64,000 nucleotides of DNA from Methanomassiliicoccales archaeon (GTDB lineage Archaea > Thermoplasmatota > Thermoplasmata > Methanomassiliicoccales > UBA472), in the NCBI GenBank assembly GCA_026394375.1, contig JAPKYJ010000024.1, positions 35,259 to 99,258 of the forward strand. Reading direction: 5' to 3'. How positions within the stretch are numbered: the first letter of the stretch is position 1; the number at the start of each line of letters is the position of its first letter. Made by a program: the position numbers and the translations under genes. Shown here in pieces: positions 29,377 through 37,905 of the stretch. The notes beneath the pieces were generated by a model, which saw nothing but the letters and a program-made list of their open reading frames with translations, was not told where the DNA came from and made no database searches.

Positions 29377-31500
29377 TCAGATGTTGTTCCTCACCCGGTC
29401 CTTGAGCTCGCCCAGCTTGCCCTTGTTCCAGCTGTTGATCTTGGAGAAGAAGCCCGTGACCCTGGTGATACCCTCAACATTGGGCGATTGGCAGTTGGGA
29501 CAGGTATCCCTCAGGCCCCTGCTGGTCCGGCCACAGTCGAGGCAGGAGGTGAACTCCGGGCTGAACGCCACTTGCGCGTTCTGCGTGCTCTCGAAGGTCT
29601 TCTTCACGAAGGAGGCTATGCTCTCCGCGGGAGGCTTGTGCTCCCCCAGCCAGACATGCGTCAGCGAGCCTGCCTCTATCAGCGGATGGAAGAGGCCTTC
29701 TTCCTTCACCCTCTCGATGGCGCTGGTGGGCGCGCCCACATTGAGGTAGGTGGAGTTGGTGTAGTACACCTCGCCGGTGGACTTGTTGCCTCTGATCACC
29801 GTCGGCGCCTGTAGTGGATAGTATTTCATATCCAACCTGGCGAAGCGATAGGCGGTCGATTCGGCAGGGGTCTGCTCCAGCGGCATCCGCACTCCGTACT
29901 CCTTGCCCAGTTCCTCCGCGTCCTTCTTCATGTTGGAGATGAGCTTGAGGCCGAACTTGAGCGCGTCCTTGGATTCGTGCATCTGCTTGCCGGTGTGGTA
30001 TTGCACCGCCTCGTTCAGACCGACCATGCCCACCAAGAAGGAGGCCTTCTGGAGGCGGTAGTACGGTTCTCCATCCAGGTTCATGGTCAGCAGGGAGAGC
30101 GGACCTTGCTTGCCCATGGAAAGCAGCTTGGTGATGAACTCCTTCTTCTGCACGTGGGCCTGCGCCACGATCTCCAACCGCTCTCGAACGATATCGAACA
30201 TCCGTTTGTCGTCCTGATGTGCCTCGTAGGCAATGCGCGGTAGGTTGATGGTGACGTTCTGCATGGCGGAGTAGCGCATCTTCCATGGCGTCTTGGCGTC
30301 CTCCAGGTCACTGTTGTCCAACTGGAAGGCCAGACGGCAGCACTCGCTGATCTTGGCCGTGTTGCCTCTATCGAATACGAAATAGGTGTTGCCCTTCTCC
30401 GAGGCCACCTGGGATATCTTCTGCAGGAACTCCTCGTGCCCATCGGTGTGGAAGAACTTCTCTGTCATGTGTACGTTGGGCTTGGGGAAGAAGAACGGTC
30501 GCCCGAGGGCGTCGCCTTCCAAGTAGACGTCGAAGAGCGCGCTGACGAACCTCTGGCTTTCATCGAGATAGTCTTCGTAGTTGGCGCCGGTGAACTGTCC
30601 TTTTGGGCCTATGGCGGGAACGCCCATGAAGTGGTTCGGCACCTCCCAATAGAGGTTGAGGTCGCTGAAGATCGACTGCCCTCCACGGGCTACCGCTTGT
30701 TGCGCGAACTCGAATATCAATATCTGCGCTAGCTGTTTCATGCGTTCATCGTCGACGCCTTCGAGGTATGGAGCGAGGAACAAGTTCACCGCGTCCCAGC
30801 CGATCGCCCCGGCGAAATGGCCTTGCAGAGCCGCCGAGAACTTGATGATCTGTTCGATGAGAACCTCTGGGTGCTTGGCCGGTTTGGCGATGGAAATCGC
30901 ATTGGGAAGGTTGAGACCGAATTTCTTGACATACTCGATGCTCTGACCTGAGCAATACGGGCGGTCGATCATTCCCAGGTCGTGAAGGTGAATATCCCCT
31001 CTCATGTGTGCGTCCGCCATATCCTGGGTAAAGACCTCGAGCAACGCGAACTCCTTCTTGATGCGTTCGGAGAGCGTGAGGTTCGTTGCCTCAGGCCCAT
31101 GCGGCACATTGGCGTTCTCCTTGTTCGGATTCATGATGATCTGCCGCGCATCGTAGAGCGGCACCCCAAGACGGGTGTGCTGCTTCCTGACCTTGGCGAG
31201 ACCATATTCCACCAGTTTCGCGTTCGTAAGCTCGCGTATGAGCGGGGCGGTGACGAAATCGAGCTCTAGCTCAAGAATGAGCTTCTCCACCTCTCTCGCT
31301 ACGATGGAGGCGGCATCTTCGCTGATGCTCGTCTCCCGGATTAGCGCGTCGTATATTCGGTTCCTGTCCCACTTCTTTATCTCCTCGTCTGAGGTTCGCA
31401 CGAATAGTGAAAGCTCTGTCGATTCCTTATCGTCGGAATAGATCAGTCCAGGCTCGCCCATTTCGCGAGAGTCAGTCGGAGACTCCGTCATCTTCATCAT
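29377..31500 (-). CDS. nrdD: anaerobic ribonucleoside-triphosphate reductase (class III)
   Basis: 707 aa. N-terminal ATP-cone-like region, a C-terminal zinc site (CLDCG...CPNCQ), and a glycyl-radical-type tail (ITRVTGFFS). Confidence 0.9.
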   Translation of the reverse strand: MMKMTESPTDSREMGEPGLIYSDDKESTELSLFVRTSDEEIKKWDRNRIYDALIRETSISEDAASIVAREVEKLILELELDFVTAPLIRELTNAKLVEYGLAKVRKQHTRLGVPLYDARQIIMNPNKENANVPHGPEATNLTLSERIKKEFALLEVFTQDMADAHMRGDIHLHDLGMIDRPYCSGQSIEYVKKFGLNLPNAISIAKPAKHPEVLIEQIIKFSAALQGHFAGAIGWDAVNLFLAPYLEGVDDERMKQLAQILIFEFAQQAVARGGQSIFSDLNLYWEVPNHFMGVPAIGPKGQFTGANYEDYLDESQRFVSALFDVYLEGDALGRPFFFPKPNVHMTEKFFHTDGHEEFLQKISQVASEKGNTYFVFDRGNTAKISECCRLAFQLDNSDLEDAKTPWKMRYSAMQNVTINLPRIAYEAHQDDKRMFDIVRERLEIVAQAHVQKKEFITKLLSMGKQGPLSLLTMNLDGEPYYRLQKASFLVGMVGLNEAVQYHTGKQMHESKDALKFGLKLISNMKKDAEELGKEYGVRMPLEQTPAESTAYRFARLDMKYYPLQAPTVIRGNKSTGEVYYTNSTYLNVGAPTSAIERVKEEGLFHPLIEAGSLTHVWLGEHKPPAESIASFVKKTFESTQNAQVAFSPEFTSCLDCGRTSRGLRDTCPNCQSPNVEGITRVTGFFSKINSWNKGKLGELKDRVRNNI

Positions 31501-31686
31501 ATCACCTGATTAAATTGAGCTTGAAGTGATTAGGGGCTATTAGTAGAGTTACCCATCCCTATTACTCAAAGCAGAGGGATGTATTGTCCACCTGATGTAA
31601 ACTACTTTTTGGGGAACGACCTGCTAACAGAAACACCGTTAAGAAAGCTTAATACTTACCAAGTTTGTTACCATATCTGTGAGCAT

Positions 31687-32271
31687 GTGTTCCATCCAGA
31701 GCGCGATCTGAGGTTCGCTATCCTCGATATCATCAAGGAAGATGGAAAATCCATAAGTGCCATCTCTAGGGAGCTGGAGGAGAGGGGGTTCGAGCTGCAC
31801 CGTCTGATCCTCACCGGATATCTTCGCGCTATGACCGACCTCAGCGTCCTGCGGGAGAAGCAAGTACCACCTTCGAAAGTGTACGCGCCGATAAAAGGCA
31901 GGGAGAAGGACATCTATGAGGTCGTGGGCGAAGGAGCTCGTTCGATCTGCGGAGATGAGGAGAAGGCGGGGCTCCTCATCCTCTACGCCCTGGGGCGGCT
32001 CTTCCGACGCCCTGTTTTTCAAGAGGAACTTGCGCGCGCCGGTCTATCAGGGCAGTTGCCGGGCAGGCAAGCGACGAAAGAGGAGCGCCTTGAGGCGAAA
32101 CAGATCCTCGTCAAGTCGGGCTTCAAGATACCAGACAGTAGCAAGGCCTATGTTCTTGAGTCGGCGACTTTGGAGGGGGACTACTGCGAGCTTCTCGCAC
32201 GAATCGTGGGTTCGAATTGGGACCTGAGCTATCTCGTTCGGGAAACCAAGCAGACCAAGCTTACTTTCTAG
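31687..32271 (+). CDS. winged-helix DNA-binding protein (hypothetical regulator)
   Basis: An in-frame GTG at 31687 lies about 35 nt after an AT-rich box. The N-terminus RFAILDIIKEDGKSISAISRELEERGFELHRLILTGYLRAMTD looks like a wHTH. The ORF-track start at 31579 is an alternative. Confidence 0.5.
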   Translation: MFHPERDLRFAILDIIKEDGKSISAISRELEERGFELHRLILTGYLRAMTDLSVLREKQVPPSKVYAPIKGREKDIYEVVGEGARSICGDEEKAGLLILYALGRLFRRPVFQEELARAGLSGQLPGRQATKEERLEAKQILVKSGFKIPDSSKAYVLESATLEGDYCELLARIVGSNWDLSYLVRETKQTKLTF

Positions 32272-32328
32272 GCAAGAGGTAACGGGGCAAAGGGGCATCT
32301 ATTTAATGTGCCATTCTATTGCAGTGGC

Positions 32329-33336
32329 ATGGACCTTCAGGCGTTGATCTCGAACATCAGAGCTCACCCTGGCATAACCAGGAAGCGCACCATCGCCGAA
32401 GTCCTCAACTTCTTTCCCAGGACGCAAGGAACGAACATCATCGCGGCCTACGGGGAGGATGCTGCGGTCATCGATTACGGCGAGAGCGTGCTGCTGTTGG
32501 CAGCGGACGGCATCATGGAGACGCTGGTGAAGGCCAATCCGTTCTTCGCTGGCTACTACTCGATCCTGGTCAACATCAACGACATCTCCGCCATGGGCGG
32601 GATACCATTGGCCATTGTAGACGTCATCTCCATGAAAGAGGAGAAGGTCTGCGGCCAAGTGATGAGGGGGATGGAAAGTGCCGTACGTAAGTTCGGAGTG
32701 CCGGTAGTGGGAGGGCATACCCACCCCGACTGCGACTACAACGCTGTGGACGTGGCCATCCTAGGCACGGCCAAGAAGAATGAGGTCTTATACAGTCATA
32801 CAGCGGAGGCAGGCGACGACATCGTCTTCGCCATGGACCTGGATGGTTTCTATCCGGAGAAGTTGAAGTTCGCCTGGGACACCACCAGCAAGAAGGAGAG
32901 CGACATCGTCCGTCGGCAGATGCTCATAATGAATGAGATCGGGAAGAGACATCTCGCGCATGCGGCCAAGGACATGAGCAATCCCGGCTCGCTTGGGACC
33001 TTGGGCATGCTGTTGGAGACCAGTGGCATGGGTGGTTCGGTGGACCTGGACAAGATCCCTTCGCCCAAGAGAGTGGATTATCTCCAGTGGCTAAAGTCCT
33101 ATCAAGGCTGCGGCTTCGTGCTCACCTGCCCACCGAAGTGCTCGAAGAAGGTGATGGGGACGTTCGAGTCGGTGGGCGTGACCGCCGCAGTGGTGGGGAA
33201 GGTCACAGAGGAGAACAAGCTTCGCCTCAAGCAGGGCTCGGAAGAAGGCGTGCTTTTCGATTTCTCCAAGGAAATCATCACCGGCTGCGACCGCTCGAGG
33301 GTGCCCGTCTCAGAGCGATGTGACAGATGCGAATGA
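32329..33336 (+). CDS. AIR synthase-related protein (PurM/ThiL/HypE superfamily)
   Basis: ATG 32329 gives MDLQALISNIRAHPG.... Contains GEDAAVIDYG and NDISAMGGIPLA blocks typical of the PurM-like fold. Confidence 0.7.
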   Translation: MDLQALISNIRAHPGITRKRTIAEVLNFFPRTQGTNIIAAYGEDAAVIDYGESVLLLAADGIMETLVKANPFFAGYYSILVNINDISAMGGIPLAIVDVISMKEEKVCGQVMRGMESAVRKFGVPVVGGHTHPDCDYNAVDVAILGTAKKNEVLYSHTAEAGDDIVFAMDLDGFYPEKLKFAWDTTSKKESDIVRRQMLIMNEIGKRHLAHAAKDMSNPGSLGTLGMLLETSGMGGSVDLDKIPSPKRVDYLQWLKSYQGCGFVLTCPPKCSKKVMGTFESVGVTAAVVGKVTEENKLRLKQGSEEGVLFDFSKEIITGCDRSRVPVSERCDRCE

Positions 33337-33350
33337 AGAACACAGGAAGT

Positions 33351-33660
33351 GCTAGGCCGCAGAGGTTGCCGCCTGGTCCCGCGCATGTGATCCAGCCACC
33401 TTCTCAGCCCCGCCCCCCTTCGAGCGCCGGTAGTCCAGGGTAAGGCTGCTCCCGTCAGGGCCTGACCCGTTCTCCCTGATCAGGGCCAGGGGCGCCGCCC
33501 TCCAGCTGCGCCACGAGACCGCCACCGGCCCCGAAGGACAGAGCCTCATAGTCGGCAGCTGGGCATGAACGGTTCCAGTTACGTCGCCCCCTGCTGTCAC
33601 CCCCGTTGTCGACGGTTTACGGTGTACAAGGACACGCCGAACGTCCCGGTCAAGCCTAGC
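33351..33660 (+). ncRNA. signal recognition particle RNA (7S/SRP RNA)
   Basis: About 310 nt and GC-rich, with no credible ORF. The 5' GCUAGGC pairs with the 3' GCCUAGC. There is an Alu-like UGUGAUCCAGCCAC (compare human UGUAGUCCCAGCUAC). A helix-8-like CCGAAGGACAGAGCC (compare 4.5S CCGGAAGGAAGCAGCC) is closed by CCAGCUGC/GCAGCUGG. The ends are approximate. Confidence 0.7.
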
Positions 33661-33772
33661 GAGTCCCGATTGCGCTACCATGCTATTAATACCTATGTCG
33701 CCTGGGCCATCTGGCCCTTGACCTTCCGCTCCACGCACAATCGGTCCATGTGATTAAAAAGGAGGCGAACGG

Positions 33773-34072
33773 CTACTGGCCGCTGGCCCATTTCGCGAGC
33801 CTCTCGGCGTTGATCCGCGCCCCGCAGATGGCCTTGCCGCTCTTCTCGTTGTAGAACGCCGGCACTCCCAGACCTCCGCCGCAGGCCTCGGTGATGACGG
33901 TGGCATGCTTGCGCATTAGCTGAGCGTTGCTCTCATCGTGCCATACTTCTAGCTTGGTGATCTCCGTCCCGGTGCCCTCGCAGAACTTGTCCACTAGGGG
34001 ATGCAAGGCTTTGCAATGAGGGCATTCCCTTCCGTAGAACCAGATGAGCCGCTGTCCTTGGCCCGCCATCAA
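33773..34072 (-). CDS. thioredoxin/glutaredoxin-like protein
   Basis: 99 aa with the active-site motif CPHC (FYGRECPHCKAL). The start codon lies 1 nt after the stop of the FTR-like gene. Confidence 0.8.
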   Translation of the reverse strand: MMAGQGQRLIWFYGRECPHCKALHPLVDKFCEGTGTEITKLEVWHDESNAQLMRKHATVITEACGGGLGVPAFYNEKSGKAICGARINAERLAKWASGQ

Positions 34073-34073
34073 A

Positions 34074-34502
34074 TCACCTCTTCACGAACAGACCGCACCA
34101 GCATTCCCCATACTCCTTCCAGGTCTTCTGGGCCTTGAAGTTGCAGGGACATATGAGCTGCAGGTCCTTCTCCCTTTCGCCGGTGGTGATGCGGCAGGGG
34201 CAATATTTCGCACCGTTGCTGCGCATGTTCTCCAGCACTCCATTGGAAAGGTCGCTCACCGCTTGCTTGTCATCCCAAAGGAGGAAGTCGGCTTTGGCGG
34301 CTAGGTCCTCCCAGGCTTGGACTACCTTCTCCGGGGTGTCGATGGCGTATTCTACGTCCTTCATGACGTTCAATGCCTCGGCTCGATCGCAGAGCACGAA
34401 AGCGTTCTTGAACCCGCAGGTGGGACAAACCTCCGGTGGCTTGACGCCAAAGTGAATGTCCCCGCAGATATGGCAGCGCCAGAACCTCTTTTGCTGTACC
34501 AT
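34074..34502 (-). CDS. ferredoxin:thioredoxin-reductase-like catalytic protein with N-terminal rubredoxin-like zinc ribbon
   Basis: ATG 34502 gives MVQQKRFWRCHICGD...CPTCG, followed by the FTR catalytic pattern KYCPCR...LICPCNF...ECWCGLF. Confidence 0.75.
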   Translation of the reverse strand: MVQQKRFWRCHICGDIHFGVKPPEVCPTCGFKNAFVLCDRAEALNVMKDVEYAIDTPEKVVQAWEDLAAKADFLLWDDKQAVSDLSNGVLENMRSNGAKYCPCRITTGEREKDLQLICPCNFKAQKTWKEYGECWCGLFVKR

Positions 34503-34651
34503 GGTCTCGACAATTGCTCCTACGAATCCGCGCGGATATAATGTTTTTGAGGAACGACCATTGGTTCCGGGCCAGAGCATGTGTGCATCTTGGTAGCACA
34601 GCGCGCACAACCATTAATACCCTCAGGCGAATTCGCATGCTGGAGGTAGGC

Positions 34652-35284
34652 ATGTCGGACCTGGATACCCTGATCTATGCGGTGGCGCTGCTGTTCTTCA
34701 TCTTCGATCCGTTCGCCAGCCTGCCGATCTTCATCAGCATGACCAAGAACTTCGACGACAAAGAGAAGGAGATGTCCGCCAACCGGGCGATCTTCGTGGC
34801 GGCCGTGCTCTTCGTCATCTTCACTCTCATCGGCACGAACCTCCTGGGCATCTTCGGGGTGAGCACGGACAGCTTCCGCGTGGCCGGGGGCATAATTCTC
34901 ATCCTCATGGCGGTGGAGATCATATTCGGGTTCAACCTCACCAAGCAGAGCGACGTCAACGTCGCCTGGGTGATCATAGCCACGCCCATCTTGACCGGCC
35001 CGGGCGTCATAACCACCGCCATCCTCCTCACCTCGACCATCGGCATATTTCCAACGCTGATCGCTGGCGTCATCTCCCTAGCTGTGACATGGGGCCTGCT
35101 GCGCAACGCCATCTACATCGTCCGTCGGGTCGGCAACAACGTCATCGAGATCTTCTCCAAGATCATCGGACTGCTCATCGCCGCCATGGCGGTGGAGTTC
35201 ATCCTCCGGGGGGTGGCGGACTGGTTCGCCAAGTACGATCCCCAACTGATAGGGGCGGCCCTCCATCTACTCGCTCCTTGGTGA
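34652..35284 (+). CDS. MarC-family (UPF0056) integral membrane protein
   Basis: ATG 34652 gives MSDLDTLIYAVALLFFIFDPFASLPIF..., with six hydrophobic segments. Confidence 0.8.
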   Translation: MSDLDTLIYAVALLFFIFDPFASLPIFISMTKNFDDKEKEMSANRAIFVAAVLFVIFTLIGTNLLGIFGVSTDSFRVAGGIILILMAVEIIFGFNLTKQSDVNVAWVIIATPILTGPGVITTAILLTSTIGIFPTLIAGVISLAVTWGLLRNAIYIVRRVGNNVIEIFSKIIGLLIAAMAVEFILRGVADWFAKYDPQLIGAALHLLAPW

Positions 35285-35374
35285 GCTTTCTTTTCACCGG
35301 CGCATACGCATGATCAAGCGCCGGTTACTAGTAGGAGAAGCTGGCAATCAGTTCTCACGGAAGGAACGCAAGAT

Positions 35375-35602
35375 ATGAGCGACAAGGAGACGGTGGTCAA
35401 GGAGCTGCGTGCCATTCCCGGAGTGAGCGAGAAGGCTGCCGAGGGACTTTACTCGTTGGGCATCAGGTCGGCAGAGGAATTGAAGGGCAAGGACCCGGTC
35501 CAGCTATATGAGGAATTGAGGAATCAGCCGGGCTCCTATGCAGAGCCGTGCATGCTCAACCAGCTCAAGATAGCGGTGAAGTCTGCCCAGACAAAGAAGT
35601 GA
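35375..35602 (+). CDS. helix-hairpin-helix domain protein (Cdd1-like)
   Basis: 75 aa with an HhH-type pattern: LRAIPGVSEKAAEGLYSLGIRSAEELKGKDPVQLY. Confidence 0.6.
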   Translation: MSDKETVVKELRAIPGVSEKAAEGLYSLGIRSAEELKGKDPVQLYEELRNQPGSYAEPCMLNQLKIAVKSAQTKK

Positions 35603-35682
35603 GAGTTGATTCGCCTCGGCGGCCGGGCGAATGAAAAGACATAAATCTCCTTGTCCTCAAGTAGCAAAGGAGAGGGAAGAAA

Positions 35683-35946
35683 ATGCCAGAAGCGGAAAGG
35701 ACGCAGAGCGGCTCGTGCGGTTCGGCCTCGGTCGACGAATCGAAGAAGATCTGGATCTCAGGAGCGAACGTAGGCATCAGCGGCTGGAGCAAGATGGTGG
35801 AGGAGATCAAGGCCCTGAAGCTCAAGGACGACGAGAAGATCGCGGACGAGCTGCTGAAGCGGGTCAAGAAGAACGATTTCGTGCCGTCCAGCAAGGAGAA
35901 GGAGTTCCGTAAGGTTCTGCTCGAGGAGTACAAGAAATCGGCCTGA
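35683..35946 (+). CDS. hypothetical small protein
   Basis: 87 aa with a Lys/Glu-rich C-terminus. No family recognised. Confidence 0.4.
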   Translation: MPEAERTQSGSCGSASVDESKKIWISGANVGISGWSKMVEEIKALKLKDDEKIADELLKRVKKNDFVPSSKEKEFRKVLLEEYKKSA

Positions 35947-35949
35947 GCA

Positions 35950-36612
35950 TCAGTAGATGTAGGGAATGAGGCGGTAACGTACTCTGTTCATGTAAGCCCG
36001 GTACTCACACTCCTGGCCGAGCTTCTTCTCTTCAATGCCGATCCGGATCGCTAGTAGGATCATCGCCACGGCGAAAAGTGCCAAGGCCAACAAGTTGAAA
36101 CGCAGCATCATCAGTCCGAAGAGGAAGAGGGCCTCTCCCAAATAGACCGGATGCCTCACCATCGAGTAGGGACCAGAGGTGACGATGTTACGCACCGATG
36201 GCAGAATGGCAAAAGACCTCCGGAGATAGAGCAGCCCTGCCACGCTCAAAATGGCACCAGGTATTGCGATCAGCCCGAGTATTGGTTCGGCGTACTGGGG
36301 AGGTGTAAGGATGGAAGCGTTGAGGACCGCGGTGGGAAAGATGAAGGATGCGGAAGGCACGACCATCTCGCGTACATATGTCGGACCCTTTGGCGGTGAG
36401 CGAACGAGGAAGGAGAACGCCGCGGCGAGGTTGATCGGGATCGAAGCGAGAGCCTGCAGGCGAATGAAGTTCTCGCTTGCTAGATAGGCAGAATACACCG
36501 AGGCGCCGCACAGAACAAGGAAGAGCAGGGCCAAGGCCCGATCAATGTCCTTGTCTCCCAGGTACATCGAGGCTGGCATCCGTGCTTCCTCCGGTTCGCT
36601 AGAACGATACAT
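35950..36612 (-). CDS. isoprenylcysteine carboxyl / phospholipid methyltransferase-family membrane protein
   Basis: 220 aa, multi-TM. Contains the conserved block GPYSMVRHPVYLGEALFLFG. Confidence 0.75.
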   Translation of the reverse strand: MYRSSEPEEARMPASMYLGDKDIDRALALLFLVLCGASVYSAYLASENFIRLQALASIPINLAAAFSFLVRSPPKGPTYVREMVVPSASFIFPTAVLNASILTPPQYAEPILGLIAIPGAILSVAGLLYLRRSFAILPSVRNIVTSGPYSMVRHPVYLGEALFLFGLMMLRFNLLALALFAVAMILLAIRIGIEEKKLGQECEYRAYMNRVRYRLIPYIY

Positions 36613-36635
36613 AGGTAAAATGGTTCCTCACTGCA

Positions 36636-37331
36636 TCAATCGTTCACGAGCCCGCTCGTGATCAGGTGACCGAGCCAAAGAAGTGCGATGATCACGAATT
36701 CCGTGATGGTGGCCGCCAACAGCAGTCGGCGACGCTGTCTGCCTGGAGCTAGGGTAAACCCCCTGGTCGCCCCCCAGGCCAGCATTGCCAGCAGTAGGAA
36801 GAAGCCCAGAAATCCGATTGAGATAACGGTGGCAAGAACGTACCATCCGATGACGCCGGGGTCAGTCCATACCAAGAGGGCCCAGAGGAAGGCCGCGGGA
36901 AAGTAGAAGAAGGAGAGGTCCAGCCAGGTGAAGACGCGTTCCTTCGGATCGCCCTTGGTCAGCAATACGGAAGCGGCTGTGCAGAGCAATAAGCCTGCCG
37001 AGATGCCGAACAATAGCCCGGTGGCCAGGCGCATAGGGTTGTTGGTGCTCAACAGCCCAAGGTATGAAGAGGCGGCGTCGAACAAGTAGAGCGCCATCCC
37101 GAAGATCGCCGCTATCATAGTGGGGCGGTCGAAGATCTTCGCCTTTCTGTACCTTTTAGTGAGGATGTAAAATAGGACCACTGTCAGGAAGCCCAAATAG
37201 ATGCCAGTGTCGCGCGCGCACATCGGCATCTGGTATCCACCCAGAACGAAGGAGCGCTCTGGCAGTTGATGACAGATGGCGAACCCTAGGTTCCAAAGTA
37301 TGGAAGAGAACGGATCGGACGGGATAGCCAT
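36636..37331 (-). CDS. DUF2085-family membrane protein
   Basis: 231 aa. Contains CHQLPERSF...MPMCARDTGIYLG, followed by TM helices. Confidence 0.7.
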   Translation of the reverse strand: MAIPSDPFSSILWNLGFAICHQLPERSFVLGGYQMPMCARDTGIYLGFLTVVLFYILTKRYRKAKIFDRPTMIAAIFGMALYLFDAASSYLGLLSTNNPMRLATGLLFGISAGLLLCTAASVLLTKGDPKERVFTWLDLSFFYFPAAFLWALLVWTDPGVIGWYVLATVISIGFLGFFLLLAMLAWGATRGFTLAPGRQRRRLLLAATITEFVIIALLWLGHLITSGLVND

Positions 37332-37370
37332 CGACTGTGGAAAGGAAAAGAAGGATAAAAAGGGAAGTGT

Positions 37371-37736
37371 TTAGTACCAGAACATCGAAGAGGCGAAGAC
37401 CACGAATAATACGACCCAGCAAAGCACGTACAACACGATACCGGCGATGCTCAAGAGCAGGCAGTTCTTGCCCACATGACGCTTCTCCGGGTTGGGGTCG
37501 TTGTTCCAGACCAGGAACATGATGAACCCGATCACGACGCTGAAGAGCGATACCAGGTAGAGTATGTACTTCAGCGCTCCGAGAGACTCCTGTGGGACTG
37601 GTTGTCCATATCCTGGTGCGGGCTGGCCCATTGGCACGCCCTGCGGCCTTCCGCAGTGCGGGCAGACGTTGTACTCGAGCGGGATCTGCCGACCGCATCC
37701 GGTACACATCCTTGTTCCTTGTGGACTTGTTGCCAC
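37371..37736 (-). CDS. zinc-ribbon protein with two C-terminal TM helices
   Basis: 121 aa. CTGCGRQIPLEYNVCPHCGRP, then a Pro/Gly-rich linker, then two hydrophobic helices. Confidence 0.6.
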   Translation of the reverse strand: MATSPQGTRMCTGCGRQIPLEYNVCPHCGRPQGVPMGQPAPGYGQPVPQESLGALKYILYLVSLFSVVIGFIMFLVWNNDPNPEKRHVGKNCLLLSIAGIVLYVLCWVVLFVVFASSMFWY

Positions 37737-37905
37737 TTTAGTTTCCCTCCTTGATCATACATCTGGCCCAATAGACCAGACCTATTTGGCCACATTATGG
37801 CCTTTTTCTATATTAAAGGTTGCCAGCGTTTGGAAAGCGAGTGCTCGTTGTGAATACAAAAGAGCGAAACGGCCAGGTCCTTACTCTAGCCTGGTCATCG
37901 GAGAA

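Noticed and set aside
33352-33738. 128-aa minus-strand ORF between the AIR-synthase-like and thioredoxin genes
   Set aside because: The translation is low-complexity (Gly/Arg/Ala/Pro-rich), and the region is better explained by an SRP RNA on the plus strand.
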